Shown: piece after piece, positions 1 to 9,065 of the stretch | How positions within the stretch are numbered: the first letter of the stretch is position 1 | How the letters are laid out: every line of letters starts with the position of its first letter | Assembly: GCA_963764165.1 (NCBI GenBank) | Contig: CAVXRD010000003.1 | Span: 725,858 to 789,857 of the forward strand | Direction: 5' to 3' | DNA: 64,000 nt | Origin: an uncultured Verrucomicrobiae bacterium | GTDB lineage: Bacteria > Verrucomicrobiota > Verrucomicrobiia > Limisphaerales > Palsa-1400 | The notes under the pieces: generated by a model | What the model was told of the DNA's origin: nothing | The model's database searches: none | Seen by the model: the letters and a program-made list of their open reading frames with translations, nothing else | Translations under genes and position numbers: made by a program

Positions 1-3000
1 TGCGCAGGGCGCCCGTCGAATAGGTGGTCGTTTCGGTCGGGCCGTAAAGATCGTAAACCTTCTTCGCTGACGTCTTGGAATAAATTTGCTCCACCAGCGC
101 GGTGGCCAGCGGCTCGCCCGCAAGATTGACAACTTTGACTGAACTGGGCACGCCGTTGATGCGGAGCAATTCGCGCATGGCCGATGGCACGGTGTTGACC
201 AGAGTGACTTCCGAAGCGGCAGGCAGGCCCGGCAGAGCAAGCGCGTTGTCGGCCAGGATAATTTTTCCGCCCCAGCAGAGCGGAACGAACATTTCGTAAA
301 CGGAAAGATCAAAACACATCGAGGTCGACGCGAGCATTCCCGCGTACTCCTCGGGCAGAAACGCATCCTTCGCCCAGCAGACCATGGCCACGGCGTTGCG
401 ATTTTCCAGGGCGACGCCTTTCGGCTGTCCGGTCGAGCCGGAGGTGTAGAGCACGTAAGCCAAATCGTTTGGCCCGGCTTGATTCAAAGGAGCTGTCTTG
501 TCGGAGATTGGCTGGATGTTCTCGACGAGCAGCACCTGGGTTTTCGAGGCGGGAATCAATTCGCGGAAACGCTCGCGTGTCAGCAACACGCGCAATCCAG
601 CATCCTGCGCGATGGCCGCCAGGCGCGCCTTCGGATAAGTGGGATCCAGAGGGACATAAGCTCCGCCCGCTTGAAGTGTTCCGAGAATCCCGGCCACCAT
701 ATCCTCGGAGCGCTCGAGGCAGATGCCCACCAAAGATTGGTTGCCCACCCCTAAAGCTTGCAAACTCTTCGCAATGGTTGCGGCGCGCTCGTAAAGCTCG
801 CGATACGTGAATCGCTTTGTCCCCACCACGAGCGCCTCCGCAGTGGGCGTCCGCGCGGCCTGTTCATTGAACAATTGGGCGAGCGTCTTTTCGCGCGGGT
901 ATTCCAGTTGCGTGCGATTCCATTCATTCAGAATCGTCTCCGATTCCGCCGGGGTCAAAATAGACAGCTTGGACAGGGGCTGTTCCGGCGCCGCGACCAG
1001 AGACTGCAGAGCGGTTTCCACATGCCCCAGCATCCGTTGCGCCGTGGCGCGATTGAACAAATCCGTTGCGTATTCCAATCGGAAAACCGGCCCCAGTTCG
1101 TTGTCAAGAAGGCAGAAACGCAGGTCGTATCCCTCCACGATGGATGGCGCCTCGGTCGCGAAAAAGACCTGCGCAATCGGGTGATATGAAGAATCCGCCG
1201 ATGGGCAAATTTGCGCGATGACGTCCTTGAACGGGATTTGCGAATGCTGGACGGCGGCAGTTTTGGCGGTGCGAACGCGGTCGAGCAAATCACGGCCCGT
1301 CATTTCCGCGGCCATGCGAGTGCGGACCACGGCAATGTTGGCTTTATGGTCACTGCCCGTTTGCAAGCCAACCGGCAGATCGTCCTGCCCGGAATACCGG
1401 TTTAAAACGACATCGAGGGCGGCCAGCGCCAAGGCGGCCCGGTCGCCGGTTTCCATTTTTGACGCCAGCGAGCGCGGCAAAGGCCGGGTTTCTGTGGCCA
1501 CCGCTTTGGATAATACCGCTGGACGAGTGCGGTCGGTGGGCAATTCCAAAAGTGCGGGTGCGCCCGCCAGCTCACGCTTCCAGAAATCCATATCGAGTTC
1601 CCTGCTTTGCTCCAGAACTTTCTTCAGTTCGGCTGCTGTTTCATCCACCCAGGGCTCCTCCAAAACCTTCTCATGGGCGCCCTGGACGATGGTGATATTG
1701 ACTCCGCGGCGGGCGAAATCGCCCCAGCCGTAATCCTGCTCGAAAGAGCACCATAACGGGTGGCCCGGGCTGCGGAACAGGTGAACACGGCCTTCGTATG
1801 GTTTTGGATGAAACTTTCGCAAGGCCAGAATATGGCTTTGCCACAATGCGCGCTGGTCAGCCGGAATGGTGGCAAGGTCAACCAGATTTTCCGCGTCATT
1901 GGCGGCCGAGCCATTGCCGCCGCCGCCAAGCAAACGGGAAAGCTTTTGTTTGACACGGCGCGTTTTCCAGAGAATGAAATCGTGGCGCTGGGCCGGGGTC
2001 CATTGCCGGCAGTAATCGGCCCAGTAAACCAGATTTTTGGCGAACCGCAGCCCCCACGCAGGGGTATAACTGAATTGGGTGTAGCTCGAGTTCGGCGGAG
2101 CGCAATTGAGCAGCGCCAGCAAGGCGACTTTTTCGCCCTGCGCCTCGATTTGCCGCGCCATTTCAAAGGCCACGTTTCCACCGAAACAATATCCGCCGAG
2201 ATAGTAGGGGCCGTGCGGCTGGATGCGGCGCATATCCTTGACATATTGCGCGGCCATTTCCTCCATGGTGTCGAATTCCTGGTGGCCGTTCAGCCCGCGG
2301 GAACTCAATCCGTAGACAGGCTGGTCCGCGCCAAGCCGGCGGGCAAGATTCACGTAGCCCCAGAACATTCCGCCACCCGCTCCGTGGACGAGAAATAACG
2401 GAGGCTGTGTTCCCTTGGGCTGCAACTCGACAACAGACGTTCCGGCGGTGGCGCTTTCGTCGCGAATCTCGTCACGCACCACCACTGCCAGCTTCTCCAC
2501 GGTCGCCGCGGTAAAGATCGCCGCGAGCGGCAGTTTTTTCCCGAAGGCCTTCTCAATGCGCGCGGAAACTTTGACGGCCAGCAGCGAATGGCCGCCCAGA
2601 TCGAAAAAATTATCCTCGATGCCAACGGGTTCGACGCCCAGCACGCTTTCCCAAATGCGGCACAGCTCCAATTCGACAGCGTCCCTCGGTGATGCGTATT
2701 TGCGCGTCAATGTGGGACGGGCGTGGTCCGGCTCCGGCAGGGCGCGGCGATCCACTTTCCCGTTGTGTGTCAGCGGAAGGGATTCGATTTGCACGAACGC
2801 CGAAGGAATCATGTATTCCGGAAGATGTTCGCCAAGAATGGCGCGCAACTGATTCGGCTTGGGCGCGAGTTTTCCATCCGGGACATAGTAGGCCACCAGG
2901 CGGGTCTGGCCGGCTCCGGAGCCGCAGACTTTGACCGCGCATTCGCGCACGCCAGGGCAGCGTCCCATCACGGCTTCGATTTCGCCCAACTCGATGCGAT

Positions 3001-5698
3001 AACCGCGCAGCTTTACCTGGTTATCGATGCGGCCCAAATACTCGACGTTCCCATCCGGGAGCCAGCGGGCGAGGTCCCCGGTGCGATAGAGGCAGACACA
3101 GGGGCTGTCTGCGCTAAATTGATGAAGAACAAATTTCTCAGCGGTGAGCTCCGGACGATTCCAGTAGCCCTTGGCCAACCCGTCGCCACCGGTATACAAC
3201 TCGCCCGGAACGCCAATTGGGACCGGATTGCGATTCGCGTCAAGTATATAAACCTGGGTATTCGAGAGCGGCTTGCCAATCGGCACGTTCGTCGCATTTT
3301 CTGGAATGTCGCGCAGGAGAGCGCAACAGGTGAATGTCGTGTTCTCGGTCGGGCCGTAACCATTGACGAGGCGGTGCGGCGGGCGGTCTTTGAGCACCGC
3401 GCGCACCCATCGCGCATCCAGCGCTTCGCCGCCGGCCATCACGGTCCGCATGGTGGCAAACGCGCCGGGAACCTCCGAGGCCACCTGGCTGAACAATGCC
3501 GAGGTCAGGAACATCGCGGTGATGCCCTGCTCGCGCAATTCCGCCGCAAAATCCTTCGGCGAGAGCGCAATGTCCGTTGCGATGCCGCGCAATTGCCCGC
3601 CGTTGAGCAGCGAGCCCCAAATTTCAAACGTCGCCGCGTCGAAAGACATGTTCGACACTTGGGCGATGCGGTCGGTCGCATCCAGCTGGATATAGTTCGT
3701 CTTGAAAACCAAACGATTCACGCCGAGATGCGGCACGGCCACGCCCTTGGGCTGGCCTGTCGAGCCGGAGGTGTAAATGATATAGGCGGTGTCCGTCGGC
3801 TTGGTGCGATTTGGAAGATTCTCGGCGCTCTCGCGCTGGATTTCGTCCGCATCGGCATCGAGGCAAATCGCGCGCAGGCCGCGATGCGGCAAGTGCCGCA
3901 GCAAGCTTTGCTGTGTCAATAATACACCGGTTCGCGTGTCGCTGAGCATGAAGGCCAGGCGTTCCTTCGGATAACGCGTGTCCATCGGAACATACGCCCC
4001 GCCCGCTTTCAAAATCGCCAGCAGCCCGATGATCATGCTGGGCGAGCGCTCCATGCAAATGGCGATGGGCGCGGCTGGGTCAAATTTCTGCCGCGCGATG
4101 ACGCGGGCAAGCCGATTGGCGCTTTCGTTCAATTCGCCATACGTCATCGTCTCCCGGCCGAACACCAGCGCCACCGCGGCCGGCGTCGCCCGGGCCTGCG
4201 CCTCGAACAATTCGTGAATGCATTGCTGGCGCGGATAATCGGTCGCGTTGTCGTTCCATTCCACCAGCACGCGGCGGCGTTCGGCTTCGCCCAAAATCGG
4301 CAAATCCGAAAGGCGGCGCACCGGTTCGATCACCACGCTGCGAAGCAGATTCTCGTAATGCTCCAGCAGCCGTTCCATGGTCCCCTGCTCGAAAAGGTCG
4401 CAATCGTATTCCACCAAAGCCACCATTGAGCTGCCAAAATCCTGCACCACAAACGTCAAATCGAATTTCGCCGTCCCCGTATCGGTCTCGACGTGCTCCA
4501 CCTGCAATCCCGGCAGCGTCATCGCGCCGTTGTTGACAGTCTTGGCCTGCAGCGCGAACATCAGCCGCGTGAAGGCCAGATGCGCCAGCGAGCGTTCCGG
4601 GCGAAGCGATTCCACGACGCGTTCAAAGGGCAAATCCTGATGCGCGTAAGCGCCGAGGGCCGCAGCCCGCACGCGCTGGAGCAATTCATCAAAGGTCGGG
4701 TTGCCCGCGAGGTTGGCGCGGAGCAAAAGCGTATTGACAAAGAATCCGATGAGCCCCTCGGTTTCAAGGCTGTTGCGCCCCGACACCGGCGTTCCAACCA
4801 CGACGTCCTCAAGGCTTGTGTAACGATGCACCAGCGCCTGGAACGCGGCCATCAACACCATGAAAAGCGAGGACTGCCGTTCCGCGGACAATTGTTTCAA
4901 ACGCGGGCCGAGGTCCGGGCTTAACCGGCGCGTCACCGTCCGTCCCCGAAAAGCCGGAGTGCGCTCGCGCGGCTTGTCAGTCATCAATTCCGTGATCGGC
5001 GGAGAGCCGGCCAGTTGCGTTTTCCAATATTGGAGCTGGTCCTGAACGGACTCGCCGCTGAGCTTCTGCTTTTGCCAGTCGGCGTAGTCGGAGTATTGAA
5101 TCGGCAGCTCGGGCAATTGCGCTTTGCGGTTTTCGATTTGCGCTTTGTAAAATTCTTCCAGCTCGCGAAACAGCACATTCAGCGACCACTCGTCGGAGGC
5201 GATGTGATGCAGATTCAGCACCAGCATGTGATCGTTGGAGGCAAGGCGCACCAATGACGCCCGCAGCAGCGACTCCGTGCTGGCCAGATTGAACGGGCGG
5301 CGGACTTCTTCGCGGATCCATTTGTCCGCCTCCGCCGCATTGGGCATGTCCACGACGCGCAGCGCGAAATCGAATTGGTTCGAAATCACCTGCACCGGCG
5401 TTTCCGCCGAGCAAACGAAACGGGTGCGCAGCGTCTCGTGGCGCTTGATGATGTTCCTCAAGGACTGATCGAGAGCGATTACGTCCAGCGAGCCTGTCAG
5501 GCGCAGGACGGACGGAACATTGTAAAGGGGGCTGTTCGGATGCAGTTGATCCAAAAACCACAACCGCTGCTGGGCGAAGGAAAGCGGGCTTTGGTTTTCG
5601 CGGCGCGAGGCCTGCCGCAAGCGCTCGGCCAATCTGGCTCTTTTCTCTTCCGCGGTCTGTGCGGGCGCTGGTTCTACTGGGGAGGTAGAGGTAGTCAT
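1..5698 (-). CDS. NRPS3 (partial, runs off the left edge): C-A-T-TE-halfC-A...
   Basis: ATG at 5698 overlaps the upstream TGA (ATGA). Absent from the ORF track, consistent with no stop before the edge. Hand translation: MTTSTSPVEP..SFAQQRLWFLDQ, HHIASDEWS, YTSGSTGQPKG, A code DAFFMGGTFK, FFDLGGHSL, TE GYCFG/GAH, FWKRELAGAPALLELPTDR, second A code DLYNNALTYK (Ala-like). Confidence 0.93.
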   Translation of the reverse strand, partial: MTTSTSPVEPAPAQTAEEKRARLAERLRQASRRENQSPLSFAQQRLWFLDQLHPNSPLYNVPSVLRLTGSLDVIALDQSLRNIIKRHETLRTRFVCSAETPVQVISNQFDFALRVVDMPNAAEADKWIREEVRRPFNLASTESLLRASLVRLASNDHMLVLNLHHIASDEWSLNVLFRELEEFYKAQIENRKAQLPELPIQYSDYADWQKQKLSGESVQDQLQYWKTQLAGSPPITELMTDKPRERTPAFRGRTVTRRLSPDLGPRLKQLSAERQSSLFMVLMAAFQALVHRYTSLEDVVVGTPVSGRNSLETEGLIGFFVNTLLLRANLAGNPTFDELLQRVRAAALGAYAHQDLPFERVVESLRPERSLAHLAFTRLMFALQAKTVNNGAMTLPGLQVEHVETDTGTAKFDLTFVVQDFGSSMVALVEYDCDLFEQGTMERLLEHYENLLRSVVIEPVRRLSDLPILGEAERRRVLVEWNDNATDYPRQQCIHELFEAQARATPAAVALVFGRETMTYGELNESANRLARVIARQKFDPAAPIAICMERSPSMIIGLLAILKAGGAYVPMDTRYPKERLAFMLSDTRTGVLLTQQSLLRHLPHRGLRAICLDADADEIQRESAENLPNRTKPTDTAYIIYTSGSTGQPKGVAVPHLGVNRLVFKTNYIQLDATDRIAQVSNMSFDAATFEIWGSLLNGGQLRGIATDIALSPKDFAAELREQGITAMFLTSALFSQVASEVPGAFATMRTVMAGGEALDARWVRAVLKDRPPHRLVNGYGPTENTTFTCCALLRDIPENATNVPIGKPLSNTQVYILDANRNPVPIGVPGELYTGGDGLAKGYWNRPELTAEKFVLHQFSADSPCVCLYRTGDLARWLPDGNVEYLGRIDNQVKLRGYRIELGEIEAVMGRCPGVRECAVKVCGSGAGQTRLVAYYVPDGKLAPKPNQLRAILGEHLPEYMIPSAFVQIESLPLTHNGKVDRRALPEPDHARPTLTRKYASPRDAVELELCRIWESVLGVEPVGIEDNFFDLGGHSLLAVKVSARIEKAFGKKLPLAAIFTAATVEKLAVVVRDEIRDESATAGTSVVELQPKGTQPPLFLVHGAGGGMFWGYVNLARRLGADQPVYGLSSRGLNGHQEFDTMEEMAAQYVKDMRRIQPHGPYYLGGYCFGGNVAFEMARQIEAQGEKVALLALLNCAPPNSSYTQFSYTPAWGLRFAKNLVYWADYCRQWTPAQRHDFILWKTRRVKQKLSRLLGGGGNGSAANDAENLVDLATIPADQRALWQSHILALRKFHPKPYEGRVHLFRSPGHPLWCSFEQDYGWGDFARRGVNITIVQGAHEKVLEEPWVDETAAELKKVLEQSRELDMDFWKRELAGAPALLELPTDRTRPAVLSKAVATETRPLPRSLASKMETGDRAALALAALDVVLNRYSGQDDLPVGLQTGSDHKANIAVVRTRMAAEMTGRDLLDRVRTAKTAAVQHSQIPFKDVIAQICPSADSSYHPIAQVFFATEAPSIVEGYDLRFCLLDNELGPVFRLEYATDLFNRATAQRMLGHVETALQSLVAAPEQPLSKLSILTPAESETILNEWNRTQLEYPREKTLAQLFNEQAARTPTAEALVVGTKRFTYRELYERAATIAKSLQALGVGNQSLVGICLERSEDMVAGILGTLQAGGAYVPLDPTYPKARLAAIAQDAGLRVLLTRERFRELIPASKTQVLLVENIQPISDKTAPLNQAGPNDLAYVLYTSGSTGQPKGVALENRNAVAMVCWAKDAFLPEEYAGMLASTSMCFDLSVYEMFVPLCWGGKIILADNALALPGLPAASEVTLVNTVPSAMRELLRINGVPSSVKVVNLAGEPLATALVEQIYSKTSAKKVYDLYGPTETTTYSTGALR

Positions 5699-8600
5699 TT
5701 GAGTTCCTTCTCATCCAATTCCAACAGCAACTCTTCAACTTCACTGTCGGAAAGCTCGTCGATGCGATCCAAAAGACGCTGGGCTCGCGACGTTTCATTT
5801 CGGCGGAGTTCAATGCCAGGCTGCGAGGCAGTTTGCCGTTCCGCGGACACGACTTCGCGGGCCATTCCCGCGACGGTGGGCGATTCAAAAATGACGCGCA
5901 CCGGCAATTCGATCTGCAATGCCTTGGCGATGCGGGACACAATCTGCGTCGCCAGCAGGGAATGTCCGCCGAGGTGGAAAAAATTGTCGTTGATGCCGAT
6001 CCGGTCCCGTCCGAGGATTTCACGCCAGATGTCCGCGAGCAAAATCTCGGTCGGATTCCGCGGCGCTTCGCAGGCCTCGGCTTCCGCTTTTGCGAGTTCC
6101 TCGGGAGCGGGCAGCGCGCGGCGATCCACTTTTCCGTTGGGCGTCAGCGGCAGCTTGTCCATCGGCACGATATGCGACGGGACCATGTAGGATGGCAGCT
6201 TGATCGAAAGAAATTCGCGCAACTGAAGGCTGGCAGGCGACGTGTCCGCGCGCAGCACGACATAAGCGACCAACTGTTTCGTGCCCGAATGATCTTCCCG
6301 CGCCACCACCAGCGCCTCACGCACCGATTCATGGGTCATCAAGGCGGCCTCGATCTCACCCGGCTCAACCCGGAAGCCGCGAATCTTCACTTGTTCATCT
6401 TTGCGCCCGATGAATTCGACATTTCCATCTGGGAGCCAGCGCGCCAAGTCGCCGGTTCTATAGAGATGCTCCGGGCCGAACGGATTGTGGACAAATTTTG
6501 AATCCGTAAGTTCCGGACGATTCACATAACCGCGCGCGACGCCATCTCCGCCGATGTAAATTTCCCCGATCGCGCCCTGGGCCACGGGCCTCATGGCAGC
6601 GTCCAAAATATAAATTTGCGTGTTCGCGATTGGCCGCCCAATCGGCACTGAGGCGCGGCCAGCCCAATTTTTTGGCACGCGATAGCAGCAGGTAAATGTC
6701 GTGTTTTCGGTCGGGCCGTAACCATTGATAAATTGCGTGTTCTTCAATTCCCGCACGGCCTTGAGCACATGCGGAACGGATAGCGCCTCGCCTCCGGCCA
6801 GCAGGAAACGCAGGCCCTGCAAGCTGGCCAATTGGTTGTCAATCATTTGATTGAACCAGCCGGAGGTCAGCCAGAGGGTCGTGATTTTATGCCGCTGCAC
6901 GAAATGGCCCAATTCCTCCAAGGACGGCATTTGCGGCGGATGCAAAACCAGTTTCGCGCCGTTGGCCAGGGCGCCCCAAATCTCAAAGGTCGACGCGTCG
7001 AACGAAAGAGTCGCCAATTGCAGAAAAACATCGTTTGGGCTGAATTCGACAAAGTCCGTATTCCGCACCAAGCGCCCTATTCCGCGATGTGTCACGGCAA
7101 CCCCCTTCGGCCGGCCAGTCGAGCCGGAGGTATACATGATGTAGGCCATATCCGTCGCTTTGGGCGCGCGGACTGGGCTGTTGCGGAGACGGCCGCCACC
7201 GACCGGCCAATTTGGATTGTCGAGGCAAAGAATCTGTTCGCCAGGGGCTGGAATGGCGCCACGGTAGCGTTCGCGGGTTACGACAAGGCTGGCCTTCGAG
7301 TCTTCCAGCATCATCGCATTGCGGGAAGCTGGATTGGCGGGATCGAGCGGAAGATAAACCGCGCCCGTTTTCAAAATCGCGATGAGCGCCACAATCATGT
7401 CAAGCGAACGCTCGACGCAAAGGCCGATCACCGTCTCCACCCCTGCCCCGGCTTCGGTGAGTTTCGCCGCGACCAGGTTGGCGCGATGATTCAACTCGCC
7501 ATAGGCGATTTCGCCATCTTCGCAGACCAGCGCAATGGCCGCCGGATTTTTGGCAACCTGCTTCTCGAAAAGCTCATGCGCGCAGGCGTCACGCTCGTAT
7601 TCGTTCGCCGCACCCAACCCAAGCTTCATCGATTTCTCGCGCTCCGTGTCGGTTTCCAATTCAAATTCCGAAATGCGCAGCGCGGAATTCGCGAGAATAT
7701 TTTCAACGAGAACGCGGTATTGCTTCGCCCAGCGCTCAATCGAGGGCGCGTCATACAAATCCGTGCTGTATTCGATGCGAATATCGAGATGGCGCCTCCC
7801 TTCCGTGACCAGCAGCGTGAAATCGAATTTCGCGGCGCCGCTCTCGAGTTCGACCCGACTGGCGTTCAAGCCAGGGATCGTCCAGCCGTCCGAAAAATCC
7901 CGCTGCAAGCCAAAAGCCACCTGGAAGAGCGAATTGGCGGCCAAATTCCGTTCACCGCCGAGGGCGCGGACGAGATAATGCAGCGGCGGTTGCTGCCCCG
8001 CGCCAGCGCTCATCGACGTCTCGCGAACGCGCTTGAGCAGCTCCGCAAAGGTGGGATTGCCAGCCAGACCGATCCGCAGGGCGCGAGTATTGACAAAGAA
8101 ACCGATCAGGTTTTCGGTTTCCAATTCGTCGCGTCCCGAGAAGGGGGAACCAATCACCAAATCTTCCTGCAAAGTGGCGCGTTGAAGCAAAATGGCAAAG
8201 GCTGAAAGCAACACCTGGTAGACTGTCGAACCTTCTTTGCGCGCGAAATCCTTCAGTTTCGCCGCGAGCGGCTCGGGCCAGTTTGCGAACAGCGCCGTCC
8301 CGCGATGGCTCGTCATTGCCGGGCGCGGACGGTCTCCCGGAAAACTGGTGAGCGGCGGTGCGCCGGCGAGCTGCTTCTTCCAAAATTCCACGCCTTCCCG
8401 CATCTGATCGCTCTGGGACATTTCGCGCTGCCACAGCGCGAAATTGCCGTATTGAATCGGGAGTTCGGGAAGATCTGACTCACGGCCAGCGTCAAAGGTT
8501 TTATAAAGCGCCGCGAGTTCACGAAGGAAAACGCCCACCGACCATGCATCGGAAATGATGTGATGCATGTTGATGGCGAGAAGATTCTTCCGGTCACTGA

Positions 8601-8991
8601 CACGGAAAAGGCTCACGCGCATCAGCGGCTCTTGGGTCAAGTCGAAGGATTTTCTGGCATCCGCCCCGGCGAGACGGACCGCCTCGGCCTCACCGCTGGC
8701 CTGTAGCCGAAGATCGGTAACGGACAGCGGAAAAGGCTTGGGCGGAAAAACGATCTGGCAGGGCTTGCCATCCTTGGAACCGAGCGCGGTGCGCAAACTT
8801 TCGTGGCGGCGCACGATTTCGTTCACGGCATATTGCAGCGCGGATAGGTTCAGGGCGCCATCGAGCCACCACGCCTCGGCGATATTGTAGGTTGCCGTGT
8901 TGGGCGTGGCTTGCTCAAAAAACCAGAGTCCCTCTTGTGGCCATGACAGGGGGAGCACGCCTGCCATATTTTGAACCGATTGGTCCTGCAC
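5695..8991 (-). CDS. NRPS2, single module C-A-T (A code DAFWLGGTFK, Val-like)
   Basis: HHIISDAWS, YTSGSTGRPKG, NGYGPTENTTF, FFHLGGHSLL, acidic C-terminal docking helix (IDELSDSEVEELL). Confidence 0.96.
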   Translation of the reverse strand: MQDQSVQNMAGVLPLSWPQEGLWFFEQATPNTATYNIAEAWWLDGALNLSALQYAVNEIVRRHESLRTALGSKDGKPCQIVFPPKPFPLSVTDLRLQASGEAEAVRLAGADARKSFDLTQEPLMRVSLFRVSDRKNLLAINMHHIISDAWSVGVFLRELAALYKTFDAGRESDLPELPIQYGNFALWQREMSQSDQMREGVEFWKKQLAGAPPLTSFPGDRPRPAMTSHRGTALFANWPEPLAAKLKDFARKEGSTVYQVLLSAFAILLQRATLQEDLVIGSPFSGRDELETENLIGFFVNTRALRIGLAGNPTFAELLKRVRETSMSAGAGQQPPLHYLVRALGGERNLAANSLFQVAFGLQRDFSDGWTIPGLNASRVELESGAAKFDFTLLVTEGRRHLDIRIEYSTDLYDAPSIERWAKQYRVLVENILANSALRISEFELETDTEREKSMKLGLGAANEYERDACAHELFEKQVAKNPAAIALVCEDGEIAYGELNHRANLVAAKLTEAGAGVETVIGLCVERSLDMIVALIAILKTGAVYLPLDPANPASRNAMMLEDSKASLVVTRERYRGAIPAPGEQILCLDNPNWPVGGGRLRNSPVRAPKATDMAYIMYTSGSTGRPKGVAVTHRGIGRLVRNTDFVEFSPNDVFLQLATLSFDASTFEIWGALANGAKLVLHPPQMPSLEELGHFVQRHKITTLWLTSGWFNQMIDNQLASLQGLRFLLAGGEALSVPHVLKAVRELKNTQFINGYGPTENTTFTCCYRVPKNWAGRASVPIGRPIANTQIYILDAAMRPVAQGAIGEIYIGGDGVARGYVNRPELTDSKFVHNPFGPEHLYRTGDLARWLPDGNVEFIGRKDEQVKIRGFRVEPGEIEAALMTHESVREALVVAREDHSGTKQLVAYVVLRADTSPASLQLREFLSIKLPSYMVPSHIVPMDKLPLTPNGKVDRRALPAPEELAKAEAEACEAPRNPTEILLADIWREILGRDRIGINDNFFHLGGHSLLATQIVSRIAKALQIELPVRVIFESPTVAGMAREVVSAERQTASQPGIELRRNETSRAQRLLDRIDELSDSEVEELLLELDEKELK

Positions 8992-9065
8992 GGTTTAAAG
9001 AGTAGGAATTTGCGGATTAAATAAACAGTAGGTGATGACCTAACCTCGCATGGTGGAAACCCCGC

